From a virus (lineage: Duplodnaviria > Caudoviricetes): 63,477 nucleotides of DNA. A program made the translations under genes and the position numbers. This document shows, piece after piece, positions 48,130 to 59,268 of this stretch (positions are counted from its first letter, which is position 1; each line of letters opens with the position of its first letter). The notes under the pieces were generated by a model. The model ran no database searches. It had not been told where the DNA came from and was given only the letters and a program-made list of their open reading frames with translations. The DNA is taken from IMG/VR virus record IMGVR_UViG_3300009528_000014, positions 1-63,477 of that record. One strand, given 5' to 3'.

Positions 48130-48945
48130 TCATTCTAACTCCTCAAGATAAGGACCATGCGTACAATTACAGTTTGCGACCTCCTCAACTGGCAACCTCG
48201 GGTCTTTCGGCTCCATGGCTTTGTGCCCACCCACAATAAAAAAATCCTTTACATCAACAACTTGTCCATTTGCTGCAGCATGGGACGGTCTCGGATTAAT
48301 CCCTGTAAACCACTGCTTCTTCAATCCCGGCACTCGCTCTTTCGCCTGCTCCATCCTCAGTTGTGTAGCGATAGATTGTGCCCTTCCTATTTCAGTCCGG
48401 GCTATCCTCATCGCCCTTCCGGTCACACCCTTCCTCTTCGCTATGCCCAGAACAGAATCGACTTCCTTCGCCGCCTGGTATACGTTCTTTTCGCCAGCGA
48501 CCGCCAGGGATACGACACTGTTTATGCGTGTCCTCATGCCCTGAGTGATCCCAGTTATAAGGTCGGCCGAAAAACCTTGTAAAGTTATGAGTTGGGTTTC
48601 TGTCAAAAGAGGCATCGCCGCACTGACCTCCGCAGCAGCCAGTGGATTATCAATCATCTGAACCCCCATCTCCCATGCTCCTGCCTGATTGCCTGTCACC
48701 ATTGCGTTCATCCTTGTCTCGAACCTCCCGATGACTCTTGTTATCTCGTCCCTTATGCCCCGTAAATGCTCCGCCTTAAAGCCCTCGGCTCCTATCATCG
48801 CGGTTCTTATGTCCCGCCTGAGCTCCCGCATAAACCGGACTGTCTCGTTCGCGGAGCGTCTGTCAAGTATCGTAAGCCGTCCCCTCGTCCGCTCAATCTC
48901 CCGTGTCATCCTCCGGCGCCTCGCTGCCAGGCTTACCATCCTCAT
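48130..48945 (-). CDS. MuF/SPP1 gp7-like head morphogenesis protein
   Basis: RAMRIARTE...KKQW...RPSH...NGQ...P.DP...NCNC. Confidence 0.9.
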   Translation of the reverse strand: MRMVSLAARRRRMTREIERTRGRLTILDRRSANETVRFMRELRRDIRTAMIGAEGFKAEHLRGIRDEITRVIGRFETRMNAMVTGNQAGAWEMGVQMIDNPLAAAEVSAAMPLLTETQLITLQGFSADLITGITQGMRTRINSVVSLAVAGEKNVYQAAKEVDSVLGIAKRKGVTGRAMRIARTEIGRAQSIATQLRMEQAKERVPGLKKQWFTGINPRPSHAAANGQVVDVKDFFIVGGHKAMEPKDPRLPVEEVANCNCTHGPYLEELE

Positions 48946-50359
48946 CCTCCATCTTCTTCTTTAATTCGTCCTGCTTTTCTTTTGAGTAGTCCTTATCCGT
49001 TCTCTCCCCGGATACGTCAAGTTCAAACCCGGTCTGACCCGCCACGTGGGCAAAGAACTCCCTCGCCTGTTTATCCGTGACCCAGTCGTTATCAAGTGCC
49101 ACCTGTAAGGAAGTTGCGATCTGGGTCATGGCTGTTGCTATCTGCGAGAAGTCACGCTCAGCCAGGGGCTGCATGTGAATTGTGAATTTCCTGTTGAGCG
49201 GCTTTTCTTTTGTGTCTTTTAGAGTACCGTGAATAATCGCCTGGTCAATCACAAAGTTGAATATGAATTTAAGGATATATTTGAAGTAAAACTGACGGGA
49301 TTTGAAATGTTTATAAGAAGGACCTCCCATCTCCATCGCTGTCGCACGGGTTGTTTTCTCGCCCTCCCCTATCCAGTGAGGTGGTATACCATAACCCGAG
49401 GCAATGTGATTTTTAATGAGCCTTGCATGAGTGCTCATGTCAGATGATTCGAGCTTAGGTGTTTCGGCTTTCCACTCTATGTTCTCATTGTGATACCTAA
49501 TAGACCCGGGCTTAGGGACTTTGAGCCCGTGTTTCTTCACCCATTCCCTAATCCTTTTATCGCTCCATCCCTTGAACGTTACATCCCAAATGAAGACCGA
49601 AAGTAATTTTGCCCTCTCGGCTATGTTGAATAAAAACCGCTCATGAACATCTATCCAGTCCGCCAGGGGCAGCAGATCCGACCTCCCCCGGGTGCCGTTT
49701 GATACCCTGTTCACTGAGAAAAAGAATATCTCCCCGACCAGTCTTCCGTAAGTCTTGGAGTTCATGTCCCGGTCAAAGTCGATTATTCTGAATAAGTCCT
49801 TCTGGGCTCCCGGATGATCTTTAGAACCAGTGACGGGTTTAAGGGATTGGTTAGTCCTGACTGCCATTAACTGCATGGGGTTCATTGGATTCCTCGTGAC
49901 TTCCTTCACGAAGGTGGGATCGATATAACCCAGCTTTACGGCACCGGTATAGTTGTTTACCCACACTGGGTAGAACTGTTCCCCGAAAAGCGAGAGTTCG
50001 GTCGCCTTCATGTACTGTGACATTTCCCAGTTGTTTATGGGGTCATACCAGAACTCGTCAAGGACAGTCTTGACATCCTTATCCTCAGCTTCGTACTTTA
50101 TCCCCTCGCCGATAACGAAGTCCTTGTGCATCTCTATGAGTCTCTTGCCCATCGGCGTAGCTTCGTATAAGTGCATGACTATGTCCTGCATACGTCTCTG
50201 GGTCAGGGGCAACAGGTCCCGGGCTTTCTGGGTATCGGTCAGGGGTCTATATAAGTAATCATCTTTATCTATCTGCCCCATCTCCGGGATATTGGAAAAC
50301 TCCATCAACCTGCTCATTACGCTGCCCACGACTTTCTTCACGGATTCTTTTATTTTCAT
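48893..50359 (-). CDS. Portal protein
   Basis: Between terminase and MuF; LFGEQF, RGRSDL, SGYGIPPHWIG. Confidence 0.88.
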   Translation of the reverse strand: MKIKESVKKVVGSVMSRLMEFSNIPEMGQIDKDDYLYRPLTDTQKARDLLPLTQRRMQDIVMHLYEATPMGKRLIEMHKDFVIGEGIKYEAEDKDVKTVLDEFWYDPINNWEMSQYMKATELSLFGEQFYPVWVNNYTGAVKLGYIDPTFVKEVTRNPMNPMQLMAVRTNQSLKPVTGSKDHPGAQKDLFRIIDFDRDMNSKTYGRLVGEIFFFSVNRVSNGTRGRSDLLPLADWIDVHERFLFNIAERAKLLSVFIWDVTFKGWSDKRIREWVKKHGLKVPKPGSIRYHNENIEWKAETPKLESSDMSTHARLIKNHIASGYGIPPHWIGEGEKTTRATAMEMGGPSYKHFKSRQFYFKYILKFIFNFVIDQAIIHGTLKDTKEKPLNRKFTIHMQPLAERDFSQIATAMTQIATSLQVALDNDWVTDKQAREFFAHVAGQTGFELDVSGERTDKDYSKEKQDELKKKMEDEDGKPGSEAPEDDTGD

Positions 50360-50368
50360 TTTAAACTC

Positions 50369-52102
50369 CTAAAATATTAATCCCCGCCTTCCGCCCTCGG
50401 GAACATCTTCTCTGGAACTACTATCCTCCCCGACCTCGATCAGGGTCACATCCCCACCCTCTGACTGTATGTCGTTTATTGCGTGCGACACCGCGCCTGC
50501 CACTGCATCGGAAATATCCTTGCTCCCTTTGGCTGGTTTTTCGATTTTCTTGCCATTCAACAGATCCAACCCTTTAAGTTCCCTGTCCAGGACTCTATTG
50601 GGATAGGTCCTGATAATCTCCCGGTAAAGCCCTTCAATCTTAAAGGCGTCATATTGACTTTTCTGGACCGACATGAACTCGACATTCACTCCTCTTTTCG
50701 TGATATACTGCGCGAGTGATGCCGCAATGTAAGAGTCGAACGAGACCTTATTCATATTAGGGAATCTGTCCAGGATGAGTCCAATCAGGACCTTGAGTTC
50801 CTCAAAGTCTATCTCGCTATTGCCCTTGGCAACGACTCCGTAGGCAAGCGGGACACTGATTATTCCACCCTTCTTACCGGCAATCGCCATGCCGAACGAG
50901 CAGTTATTTACGGCTGGGTCGAGATGCATGAAGTAATTGACATCCTCCTCGCCATGGAACGAGTCCTTGAGCGTGCCCTCATCACTAAACGGGTTGACGA
51001 GCCCGGCTTTCCTGCCCGCGACAAACATCTTCTTGATCTTGAGCCTGTCCCGGATATATTTCTCAATAGCCTTGGCCGGCTGGCAGCCGAAGTCCCGCCA
51101 GAAGTCCTCCGGGGACTTCTTCAGCTCGTTCTGCAGGTACTGGCAATCAAACGGCAGGTTCGGGTTGATTTCCCAGGTAGCAAGCCAGAAGCCCAGCATA
51201 CTCGGGATCTCCTTACTCAGGTCGAAAAGCTCGCATATCATGTCCTCCTCATGGATGACTGAGGACAAAGACGCTATCCTCGCGTCGTCCCGGAAGGGCG
51301 CCGTCGACCGGGTCAGTGAGGTATAAACCGTCTTGCCCGAGCTCCGGCCGGTCTTCTTCTCGGTGAACCGCGCCAGTTCGTCAAACAATACAAGCTTCGC
51401 TGTCCTCCCCACAATCGAGGCCGAGTTGGAATGACCCGAGAGCATCTTCGTGTGCGTGTGCGGAAATTCGAAGGTGTACTGCCCCGACTTGAAATCCCTC
51501 TGCGAGTAAAACTTCGAGTTCTTTATCCGCGCCTCGGTCGAGGCAAAGACCGTATCCTTCGCCTGCTCCTTGTCCGTGGCCACGTTGATGATGTAGATCT
51601 CCTTCCCCTTCGGCAGGCCATAGTGTGCCTGGGGATCGCCCAGAAGATAAAGCTTCCACTCCTCCACACAGGACATCGCCGAGATAAGCTCGGTCTTACC
51701 CCCCTTCATCCCGCACTTCAGCACAAGCTCGCTATACTTCTGCCCCGGCTTCCATGTGGTCTTCCCCTCCGCGACAAGCCTGTCCATCATCCCTCGCTCG
51801 GCCTCATCAAAGGGCAGACCATAAAATGCTTTAATGATTAACCTCTGCATCGGGAACATCGGAAAGCCCAGCCCCTCCGCACTCTCAATGAACTCCACCT
51901 CGCTCATCCCCCGACAAAGCCCCTTCGGCTCTTCCTTGAGGCCTATCTGCTTATAGTACGCCACTGTCCGCTTTGAGAGTTTGAACCTCTCGGCAGCCTC
52001 CTGCTCCGTGCGACCCATACGGCAGTACTGCTGAACCTCGGCGATCAGCTTCTCGCGGTTCACTCGGTACTGTGTTTTCCTCTTAGTTTCCATAATTTGC
52101 AC
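50369..52102 (-). CDS. terL: Terminase large subunit with N-terminal HTH
   Basis: CGMKGGKT, VLFDELA, HLDPA, KDISDAVAG. Confidence 0.9.
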   Translation of the reverse strand: MQIMETKRKTQYRVNREKLIAEVQQYCRMGRTEQEAAERFKLSKRTVAYYKQIGLKEEPKGLCRGMSEVEFIESAEGLGFPMFPMQRLIIKAFYGLPFDEAERGMMDRLVAEGKTTWKPGQKYSELVLKCGMKGGKTELISAMSCVEEWKLYLLGDPQAHYGLPKGKEIYIINVATDKEQAKDTVFASTEARIKNSKFYSQRDFKSGQYTFEFPHTHTKMLSGHSNSASIVGRTAKLVLFDELARFTEKKTGRSSGKTVYTSLTRSTAPFRDDARIASLSSVIHEEDMICELFDLSKEIPSMLGFWLATWEINPNLPFDCQYLQNELKKSPEDFWRDFGCQPAKAIEKYIRDRLKIKKMFVAGRKAGLVNPFSDEGTLKDSFHGEEDVNYFMHLDPAVNNCSFGMAIAGKKGGIISVPLAYGVVAKGNSEIDFEELKVLIGLILDRFPNMNKVSFDSYIAASLAQYITKRGVNVEFMSVQKSQYDAFKIEGLYREIIRTYPNRVLDRELKGLDLLNGKKIEKPAKGSKDISDAVAGAVSHAINDIQSEGGDVTLIEVGEDSSSREDVPEGGRRGLIF

Positions 52103-52612
52103 TCTCGCCTATTTAACCGTTAGGGATTAACTGCATTTTCGATATAGGGGGTGCGACATGCGTTTTGGGAATATTTTTTTCCTAACTTTTGATTTCAAAT
52201 CCTCGTCGACAAACTCCTGAAACCGTCATTATCTCCCGCCTTGGAACGTCATTCCATTTCCTGTCGACGATAAAGTTTACAAAGTATACACTGCGTCTTA
52301 TAACGTTGATTATGTTGTCATCTCTTTTTTGCCCTTATTAATAACATTATTAATAAAATAAATATTCGTTAACTAAATTAAAAATTTCCCTCCACCCCTC
52401 TTTAGAATATAATAAAGTACATAACGTAGTAAGCAAGTAAGGGCTTTATTAAATATATTATTAACATTACTTTGGTAACTATAAGAACAATTTAAAAAAA
52501 ATAATAAGCAAGTATAATTACTACCTACATAAGAACCTTCGTAATGAATTATTAAAGACTTTAATGTCAATCCGTTATTGTCGTTACAAAACATTTTTTA
52601 GATGACTCCGGT

Positions 52613-53368
52613 TCAGGCTATGATTAATAAAAAAATAAAGACTATCGAAAGGCGGGGGGAGAGGATGGTCTTCAGGGTCCGCAGGGCTTGTTTGAAGAGC
52701 TGGCATATCCTTGACTCGCAGACACCCACGTTCCTCCCGGTTTCCTTTAGGGAGAAACCCTCGAGCCCATGGAGCCTCACTATCCTCGCCGTCCTTTCCG
52801 GGAGCTGCTCTATCGCCCTTTGGAGTAGACCCGCCCTTTCATTCTCCACGGCCTTTACAAAGCCTCCTTCCTCCTGCCCTCTTATGTGGGGGATATGCTT
52901 TGCTGTCTGCGCAGGGCCCAGGACTCGCTCCGGGAAGTGCTCTGAGAGCTTATACGCTATGTCCATGAGCTTTAGTCTCTTCCTCCCTTTTTCCTTCCCT
53001 TCCCCCAGAAGCTTCAGTTCCTCCTTCAGGTACCTGCTTATCTGGTCAAAGTCCCTCAGGCCATCAAGGACCGCCCCCCTTATCCTCGCGCAGGCAAAGG
53101 TCGGGAACTTGAAGCCCTTTCCGGGGTCATACCTCTCTATCGCCTGGAGGAGCCCTATAAGCCCCCATCCCCTCAGGTCCGCGGGTTCCATGAGCCTGTT
53201 GGCCCTCAGGTGCCACATCTTGTGCCTTGATATGGTAAAGTTGATCAGGGGCGTATACATGCCCAGTAGGGCGTCCCTATGCCTCATCTCGCCCTTTTCC
53301 TTGTACCTCTGCCACAGCTGGGCCTCTGATAGGGGCTTGCGCCCTCTTTTCTTTTCAGGCTGGCTCAT
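52613..53368 (-). CDS. FliA/WhiG-like (sigma-28 family) sigma factor
   Basis: GLIGLLQAIERYDP.KG.KF.TFA..RIRGAVLDGLR; region 4 LPER...SLKETG...ESRICQL. Confidence 0.92.
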   Translation of the reverse strand: MSQPEKKRGRKPLSEAQLWQRYKEKGEMRHRDALLGMYTPLINFTISRHKMWHLRANRLMEPADLRGWGLIGLLQAIERYDPGKGFKFPTFACARIRGAVLDGLRDFDQISRYLKEELKLLGEGKEKGRKRLKLMDIAYKLSEHFPERVLGPAQTAKHIPHIRGQEEGGFVKAVENERAGLLQRAIEQLPERTARIVRLHGLEGFSLKETGRNVGVCESRICQLFKQALRTLKTILSPRLSIVFIFLLIIA

Positions 53369-53370
53369 TC

Positions 53371-55091
53371 TTAGTCCTTTGTTGGCATGTAATCCTTACA
53401 TTGTGGTATTATCCCGCACACCTTCTTATGAAGACAACTGTTGCACTGCCCCTGCCTGAACGGCTCTTTCCCTGTCGTTATCTTTACTTCCTTGCTTATC
53501 TCCTTCTTTTCCTTTGGCGGTCTTCCTACCCTCGCCTTTGGTTTACTTGCTCTTTGTTTCCGCCTGTGCTTCCCTCGCCATTTCGTATTGTAATGTTTCA
53601 AGCAATGTCCTTTAGTAATCGCTATCTCTTCACATTCTGGTTCCTTGCATATCTTCTTTTTCTTCTCTGCCATTGGCTCCTCCTCTTTCGGCTCTTCCTC
53701 GTTTGGTTTTACATCCACCACCCTTTCCCCGCTATCTATCATGGGTTTATCCTCGCTTGTGAACTTCAGCTGACACTCGCTGCAGTAATAATACTTCTCT
53801 CCCGGGATCCTGAAAGCCTTGTGCCCCTCACTACACAGAACATATTCCCTGTCCATCCACTCCTCCCTTTGCCGGCTGAATATACCCCATCCTCTCGAGC
53901 TCTTCTGTCTCCTTTATGATTGTTATTACATCCATGTTTAGGGTCTCCATCATGTCCAGGTAGTCAATCTCTTCCTTTGCCTTCAGGAGTATGAGAATCC
54001 TTTGTTGATTAGTGTTGAGTTTCATTTCTCTCTTCTATGGAACATTTCTTACAAAGATTAAGATATGTTTGCTTGTCATTTACTAAGCATTTATATTTTT
54101 TTACCCGTCTCCTTTTTTTCCCACAACATTCACATACTCCTATCATGTTATTCCCCTTTCTCTTTAGACATAAAAAAACCCTGACCAGTCCGTTCTTGGA
54201 CTAATCAGGGTTCTTGTTATCGAATGTCCTGAGTCAACTATTATACTTTACTCGTTAATCCCTCCGTTATCTTGTGTCTTTTGAACTCCTCTATAATAAG
54301 GGGTATGCCGTCCTTCCAGTCTATGGTGGTCTTGCCGGTGAAGCTACTCTCGGCAAGTTTGTCTATGAGTTTATGGAGTATTTCTTTCTTACTCATTAGG
54401 TTATTTTCAATTCCTTCATTTCATTATAGTTCGGGATGGGCTCGATTTCCCCATTCTTTATTTTTTCAAATACCTCGGCAGTATTGCAATCACCCGCTTG
54501 AGACAGACACCATGACGGTACGAAACCATATCGGAACAACTCTTTATATATCTCCCTCGCCTTCTTGATTTCGTTCTTTATCCTTTGAATATCGCAACCG
54601 TAAAAAGGATTCTTAGTTAAGAAACCTTTCCCGTTCTGGTAACCCTTAATGCCTGACATTATCTCAAACTGGAGCCGTTTTATTTTTCTTATTTTTTTCA
54701 TTCTATTTTTCTTCCTGCAACATCTTCACCTCTCGCACGGTTCTGGTTCCTAGTCCATCTATACGAACAAGGTCATCATCCACGAGACTGAAATCTTTCC
54801 ATTTGTTTTTAAGGCGTCGCTCATCATCTTTCGTGAACTTCTTTATAATACCATTGCTACCTGATATTTTTATTTTAATGCTCATTCCTCTCGTTCCCTA
54901 CGACTTGCCTCATATTGATTTCCTCTTATTAACGAACTCTCCATGCGGACTCTCTTGTCCTGCTCTGTAAACCAATTATATAAACGATTACGATACTTCA
55001 GCTCTTTATATGTATCACGAATTGTCTTTATTATGGCGAGTATGAAACAGATTATCCTCATTTTTTCAACCCTGTTGTTATAACAAACCAT
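53371..55091 (-). CDS. Small hypothetical proteins, including a Cys-rich ORF (53371-53856) and a wHTH-like ORF (53831-54025)
   Basis: ORF track; CxxC motifs; ELERMGYI motif. Confidence 0.5.
54172..54212 (-). terminator. Intrinsic terminator
   Basis: AACCCTGATTAGTCC-loop-GGACTGGTCAGGGTT followed by a T run. Confidence 0.75.
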
Positions 55092-55400
55092 CCATCTGTC
55101 CTGACAACCACCTTACCGAATACACTGGCTGGATGCTTAATCACATCAGATACTTTAACGCCCTGGGCTATCTCTCTCGCGTCTATTGGTCTGGCGGATG
55201 GTATGACATGTCTGAAATTAGATTTTTTCATTTTATCTCTATTACTCTATATGTTCCCCGTTTTGTTGTCCTTCTTAGCTTAACCCTCTGGATGCCATTT
55301 ATACCATGTATCTGATATGTCGCCCTATTAAGCGCTCTCCAATCCCTGAATAATGTTCTAATTGATTTTATGAAAAGAGATATATTTTTGAATAATCTCA

Positions 55401-55875
55401 TTACTTTAATAGAGTTTCAACTCTTCTATTCCTTGCCCACGCCTTTTCATAATGCCGGATATCAACCGGGCTTTCCTCTCCCCAGCTGACCGTCCTGATC
55501 CTTGAGGCGTCAACTCCCCGGGCAATGTAGTACTTCCTCACCCCCTCTGCCCTTCTTTCCCCGAGGGCTATGTTATACTCCTCAGTACCCCGCTCGTCGC
55601 AATGTCCCTCAATGCTCACTAACATATTATTATCCTTGAGGCTCTGTGCATTCATGTCAAGGACTTTCTTTGAGTCGTTCCTTACGAAAGATTTATCAAA
55701 GTCAAAGTATACCGCTTCAGGGCTCTCATAAACCCTTAGTCACCTTTTCCCTGCCCCTGACCTCTGCCGACTCCTCTTTTGTTTTCGTTATCTCAATCAC
55801 AAAAGATTTGCTTTTCTTGCAACTCATTGTCATCATCAATAAAAACAAAACCATCAACATCATTTTCCTTATCAT
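55401..55875 (-). pseudogene. pal: Pal/OmpA-like peptidoglycan-associated lipoprotein split by a +1 frameshift
   Basis: A lipoprotein-signal ORF (MIRK...TMSC) stops at 55726. The +1 frame reads VYFDFDKS...IEGHCDERGTEEYNIALGERRA...SWGEE...NRRVE. Confidence 0.8.
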
Positions 55876-56865
55876 CTTTTTATCCTCCTGTTTTGGTTGG
55901 GCGGTCAGGACTCTCACCTGAATATTTGGGGGTGACCCGCCGTTTTATCTTAAACTACCCCCCAGTATTTTATGGACTATTTTTCTTATGCCACCTGACC
56001 ATCGTCCCATCTAGCTTAAAGAACGCCCTTGCGTTACCCTCGTCTGTCTCAAGCCATCCGAGCCAGCCTGTCTTCTGTGGTCGCTTGTAGAGTTTAAGTT
56101 TCATGACCTCTCCTCCTTAATTCCCCCTTTGTTTTTTGATTCAAGAATCCTCCCAAACATATCCCTTTGGCATAAGGAGCTGAGTTTGACACTTCCTCAA
56201 AACCTCCCGGATACTTGGATTTAAAATGGAACTCTGTTCGCTCTGAATTTTTACTTCTAGATAGAAATTCCATCTTTCCATGAACCCAGAGTATAAATAA
56301 AGGCATGCCTATTAAGAGAACGACTCCTGCTACTGAAGCAATAATATATCTAATGGTCATTTTTCTTTTTCTCCTCCTCTTTTCTTTTCTCGTAGTTCTG
56401 CACGAAGTCGATTAGTTTCTTTTTGGTTTCGTTTTGCTCGTCGGTAAGTAAGTCATTAGGTGTGTTCACGAATGAATAATACCTCATGTGTACTTCTTCG
56501 TTGGTTCTCGGTTGGTCAGCGGGTATTCCCATTATCTTGAGGACTTCCTTGCAGATTTTATTTCCGAATATCAACCTCGCCTCCTATCTGAATAACTGTT
56601 GCCCCATTGATATGCCAGTAACCAACCATATAAGAGAAAATAAAATTAAGTCTATTATAGAAACTCGTATTTTTTTCATCCCCACCTCCTAATTTTCGTA
56701 GTTGCTGAACTTCAACGGGTAGTTAATTGTTCTTCCCCTGGCGATATATCTTTGAGGCATGTCTTTTGTTTTGTCAGTTATAAAAGAAAAATCCCGGCGA
56801 GTAATAAGGAATACCCCAGGAGCTAATCTAAATATTTTGATGTTAGTTTTTCGTGCCATAGTTAT

Positions 56866-56894
56866 ATTATAATACACATTCCATCATTTGTCAA
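56866..56894 (-). promoter_or_regulatory. Consensus sigma70 promoter, leaderless geometry
   Basis: TTGACA-17-TATAAT, then 6 nt, then the ATG at 56859 (MARKTNIK). Confidence 0.85.
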
Positions 56895-58265
56895 TGATTA
56901 TTTTTCATTAACTTCTTTCCTCTTTTTTTCGCTTGCTTTATTAAGCGGTAACACCTCGGGATCCTTGTGGGTAAATATTATCTTGTTTCCCTTGATGATT
57001 TTTATTTCTTTCACACCATAAAGGAACTTCGTCTCCTCGTTTGCTCCGTCATCTTTTCGTGTCCATTTTATTTCCAGGTTCATCTACAGTGCTCCCGTTC
57101 CAGCAAGTTGCAGGGATCGGATATGTTCTACCCCATTAAATATCCTTATCCCAATCCCACGATATCTCCACCAGCTGAATTGATCCCATTTCTTTTGTTC
57201 AGAGTCACTCGAAAGTGGCAATGGTTTTTTTTCGTCCGACCAACCAGGACTATAATGGTTATACTCCCATTTTTTCTTTTTCTTATTCCACCGCTCCCAG
57301 ATGATGACCCTCCTGATTGTTATTAGTTTCATTTCAAGTCCCACACTCTATCCTTCTTAATCTACCCCGCCGCCTACAAGACGGCGGGGCGTTATCCACC
57401 TATCTATTCGATAAATAAACCGTGCTTACTATCGGCATCACCTCCCCTCACTCCGGCAATAGAGTGCTAAGAGATTGCCGGCTTATTCACTACTGTCAGA
57501 ACTACCCTCGTTGTCTTCTTTTTCCTTCGCTTCTGCTTTTGCTTCGGCTTCTCTGGTTGCCGCCCCTGCATCCTCTTCTTTCTTTTCCTCTCCTGCCTTT
57601 TCCGATTCCTCGGACCCGGGCTGAGTTGTTTCGGGCAGTGGTTTAGCTACCGTACCCTCATCAACTGGCTTATTTTCCGCCTTCTCTTCCTCTGTCTCTG
57701 CCACAGGGGAACCCAGGATCCCCCATAACCTCGTCTTTACAGCTGTAAGCATATCCTGATTTATCGTGTTCTCTGGAACTTCCTTGGCTTCCTTATACCT
57801 TGCGATACATTCTGGGCATACATCATCACATCCCTGCATTACATTCTCACCTATCCTTACAGATGTTTCTAACTTTTGCCAACCACCAATATCCTCCCCC
57901 TCAGCTGAAATCTTTTTGCAGATTCTACATTCCATCTTAATCACCTCCCCTGTTGTTTATTTTTACCAGTGTCCTTTTCTGCTTGTTCCCTTTGCTTCCT
58001 TAAATCCTCGTTTATTTTCTTGAACCTCTCTGTCCGTCTTTCTATCGCGCCCACATGTAACCGGTTAAGCAGTAAACAAAGCATCCATGCTCCCGCCACC
58101 CATCCCCAGTGCAGACCTATCCTGATCCAGATTATTGAGGTCATTACGCAACAAGTATAAAAACCCAGTAATTCTCCCAACTTTAGCATATATCCTCCTT
58201 TTTAAAGGCTGGCCGGGGCAGGAGAGGAGACTCCCCTGCCCGCTGTAATGGCTATGTACCAGCCC

Positions 58266-58880
58266 TTATTCATCTTTTTTGAGTTCATAATATGAAGTCA
58301 TTACCTTTGTGATATGTTCGTATGTTCCGTCCGGGATGTTCTTTCCCTTTACTTTGCTAGCTCCGCAGTTATAAGCCATCAACGCCTTAATTATGTTGCC
58401 GTCAAACATGTCTATCAGGTCCTCTAAGTGCCCGCTACCTATATTTATGCTGAAGAACGGCTTCCTCAGGAGCCGTCTCATTTTCTTATTCGTTATGAGC
58501 CCGGAGGAGATGTATTTGGCTGTTTTAACCTTCATCTGCCATAGACCGATCTCCCCGTGCTTACCCTCGGCCCCGAGTATAAAACCGCTTTCCACCCGTG
58601 CTATCGCAAGATAAAAATACGGGTCTCTTCCGCGCTCCTGGGAGGCGTTCCATGTGTTATTTATTATGCTTAGGGCGTCCTCTTTGGATAGTTTTTTATT
58701 TATCTTTACTATATACCCGTATGCCCTGATTGAGAATTTTTGTCTCTCTTCCGAATGTTCCGAGATGGTCAACTCTGATCCTATTCTTTTGTATCCTCTC
58801 TTCTTGAAGGGGAAGAAGAAAACGACCACAATGATTACGATTAGAAATAGATAGATATAATTTTTCTTAATGAATTTCAT
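58266..58880 (-). CDS. Lytic transglycosylase (SLT) with N-terminal TM
   Basis: AIARVESGF, GLWQM, ALMAYNCG. Confidence 0.9.
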   Translation of the reverse strand: MKFIKKNYIYLFLIVIIVVVFFFPFKKRGYKRIGSELTISEHSEERQKFSIRAYGYIVKINKKLSKEDALSIINNTWNASQERGRDPYFYLAIARVESGFILGAEGKHGEIGLWQMKVKTAKYISSGLITNKKMRRLLRKPFFSINIGSGHLEDLIDMFDGNIIKALMAYNCGASKVKGKNIPDGTYEHITKVMTSYYELKKDE

Positions 58881-59268
58881 CCTCGATTCCTTTCATGCTA
58901 TATTTTACTCTTTCCTCGTCACTCATATTATCGTATTTTTCCTGTAATTTCTGTAACAGAATCGGGCGCCAATATTTCGTCCTCTTATGGAATTTCTGGT
59001 TGTGGCATTTTTCTTCCGTCAGGTTGCTACAGAGCGGAGACATAAACCTCGGGTCGAACAAGAGCTTGCCCATCCTGCCTTTAGTGTGGTTCACATCCAG
59101 CAGCTTTATAATGTCCTTGTAAGGCAGGAACCCGTAGTACTTACCGCAAATCGTGCAGGTGGAATCCTCTCGTTCCCTGACAAGATAATACACTGCTTTT
59201 AATATCTTACCCTTCCGGTAAGAGGTCATCTTCTTTCTTTTCTTCTTGGCGAATGGGAGATGGTTCAC
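58867..59268 (-). CDS. NinG/HNH-like endonuclease
   Basis: RE..TCTICG...VNH..GR...FD.....PLC...CH. Confidence 0.6.
   Translation of the reverse strand: MNHLPFAKKKRKKMTSYRKGKILKAVYYLVREREDSTCTICGKYYGFLPYKDIIKLLDVNHTKGRMGKLLFDPRFMSPLCSNLTEEKCHNQKFHKRTKYWRPILLQKLQEKYDNMSDEERVKYSMKGIEDEIH

Noticed and set aside
52271-52300. Sigma-28 promoter from TAAAGTTT
   Set aside because: Wrong strand for late genes, and no GCCGATAA-like -10 at the right spacing.
57360-58265. GC-rich hairpins at about 57364-57388, 57452-57481 and 58206-58265
   Set aside because: Isolated intergenic stem-loops, probably terminators or stabilisers; no further evidence for a distinct ncRNA.
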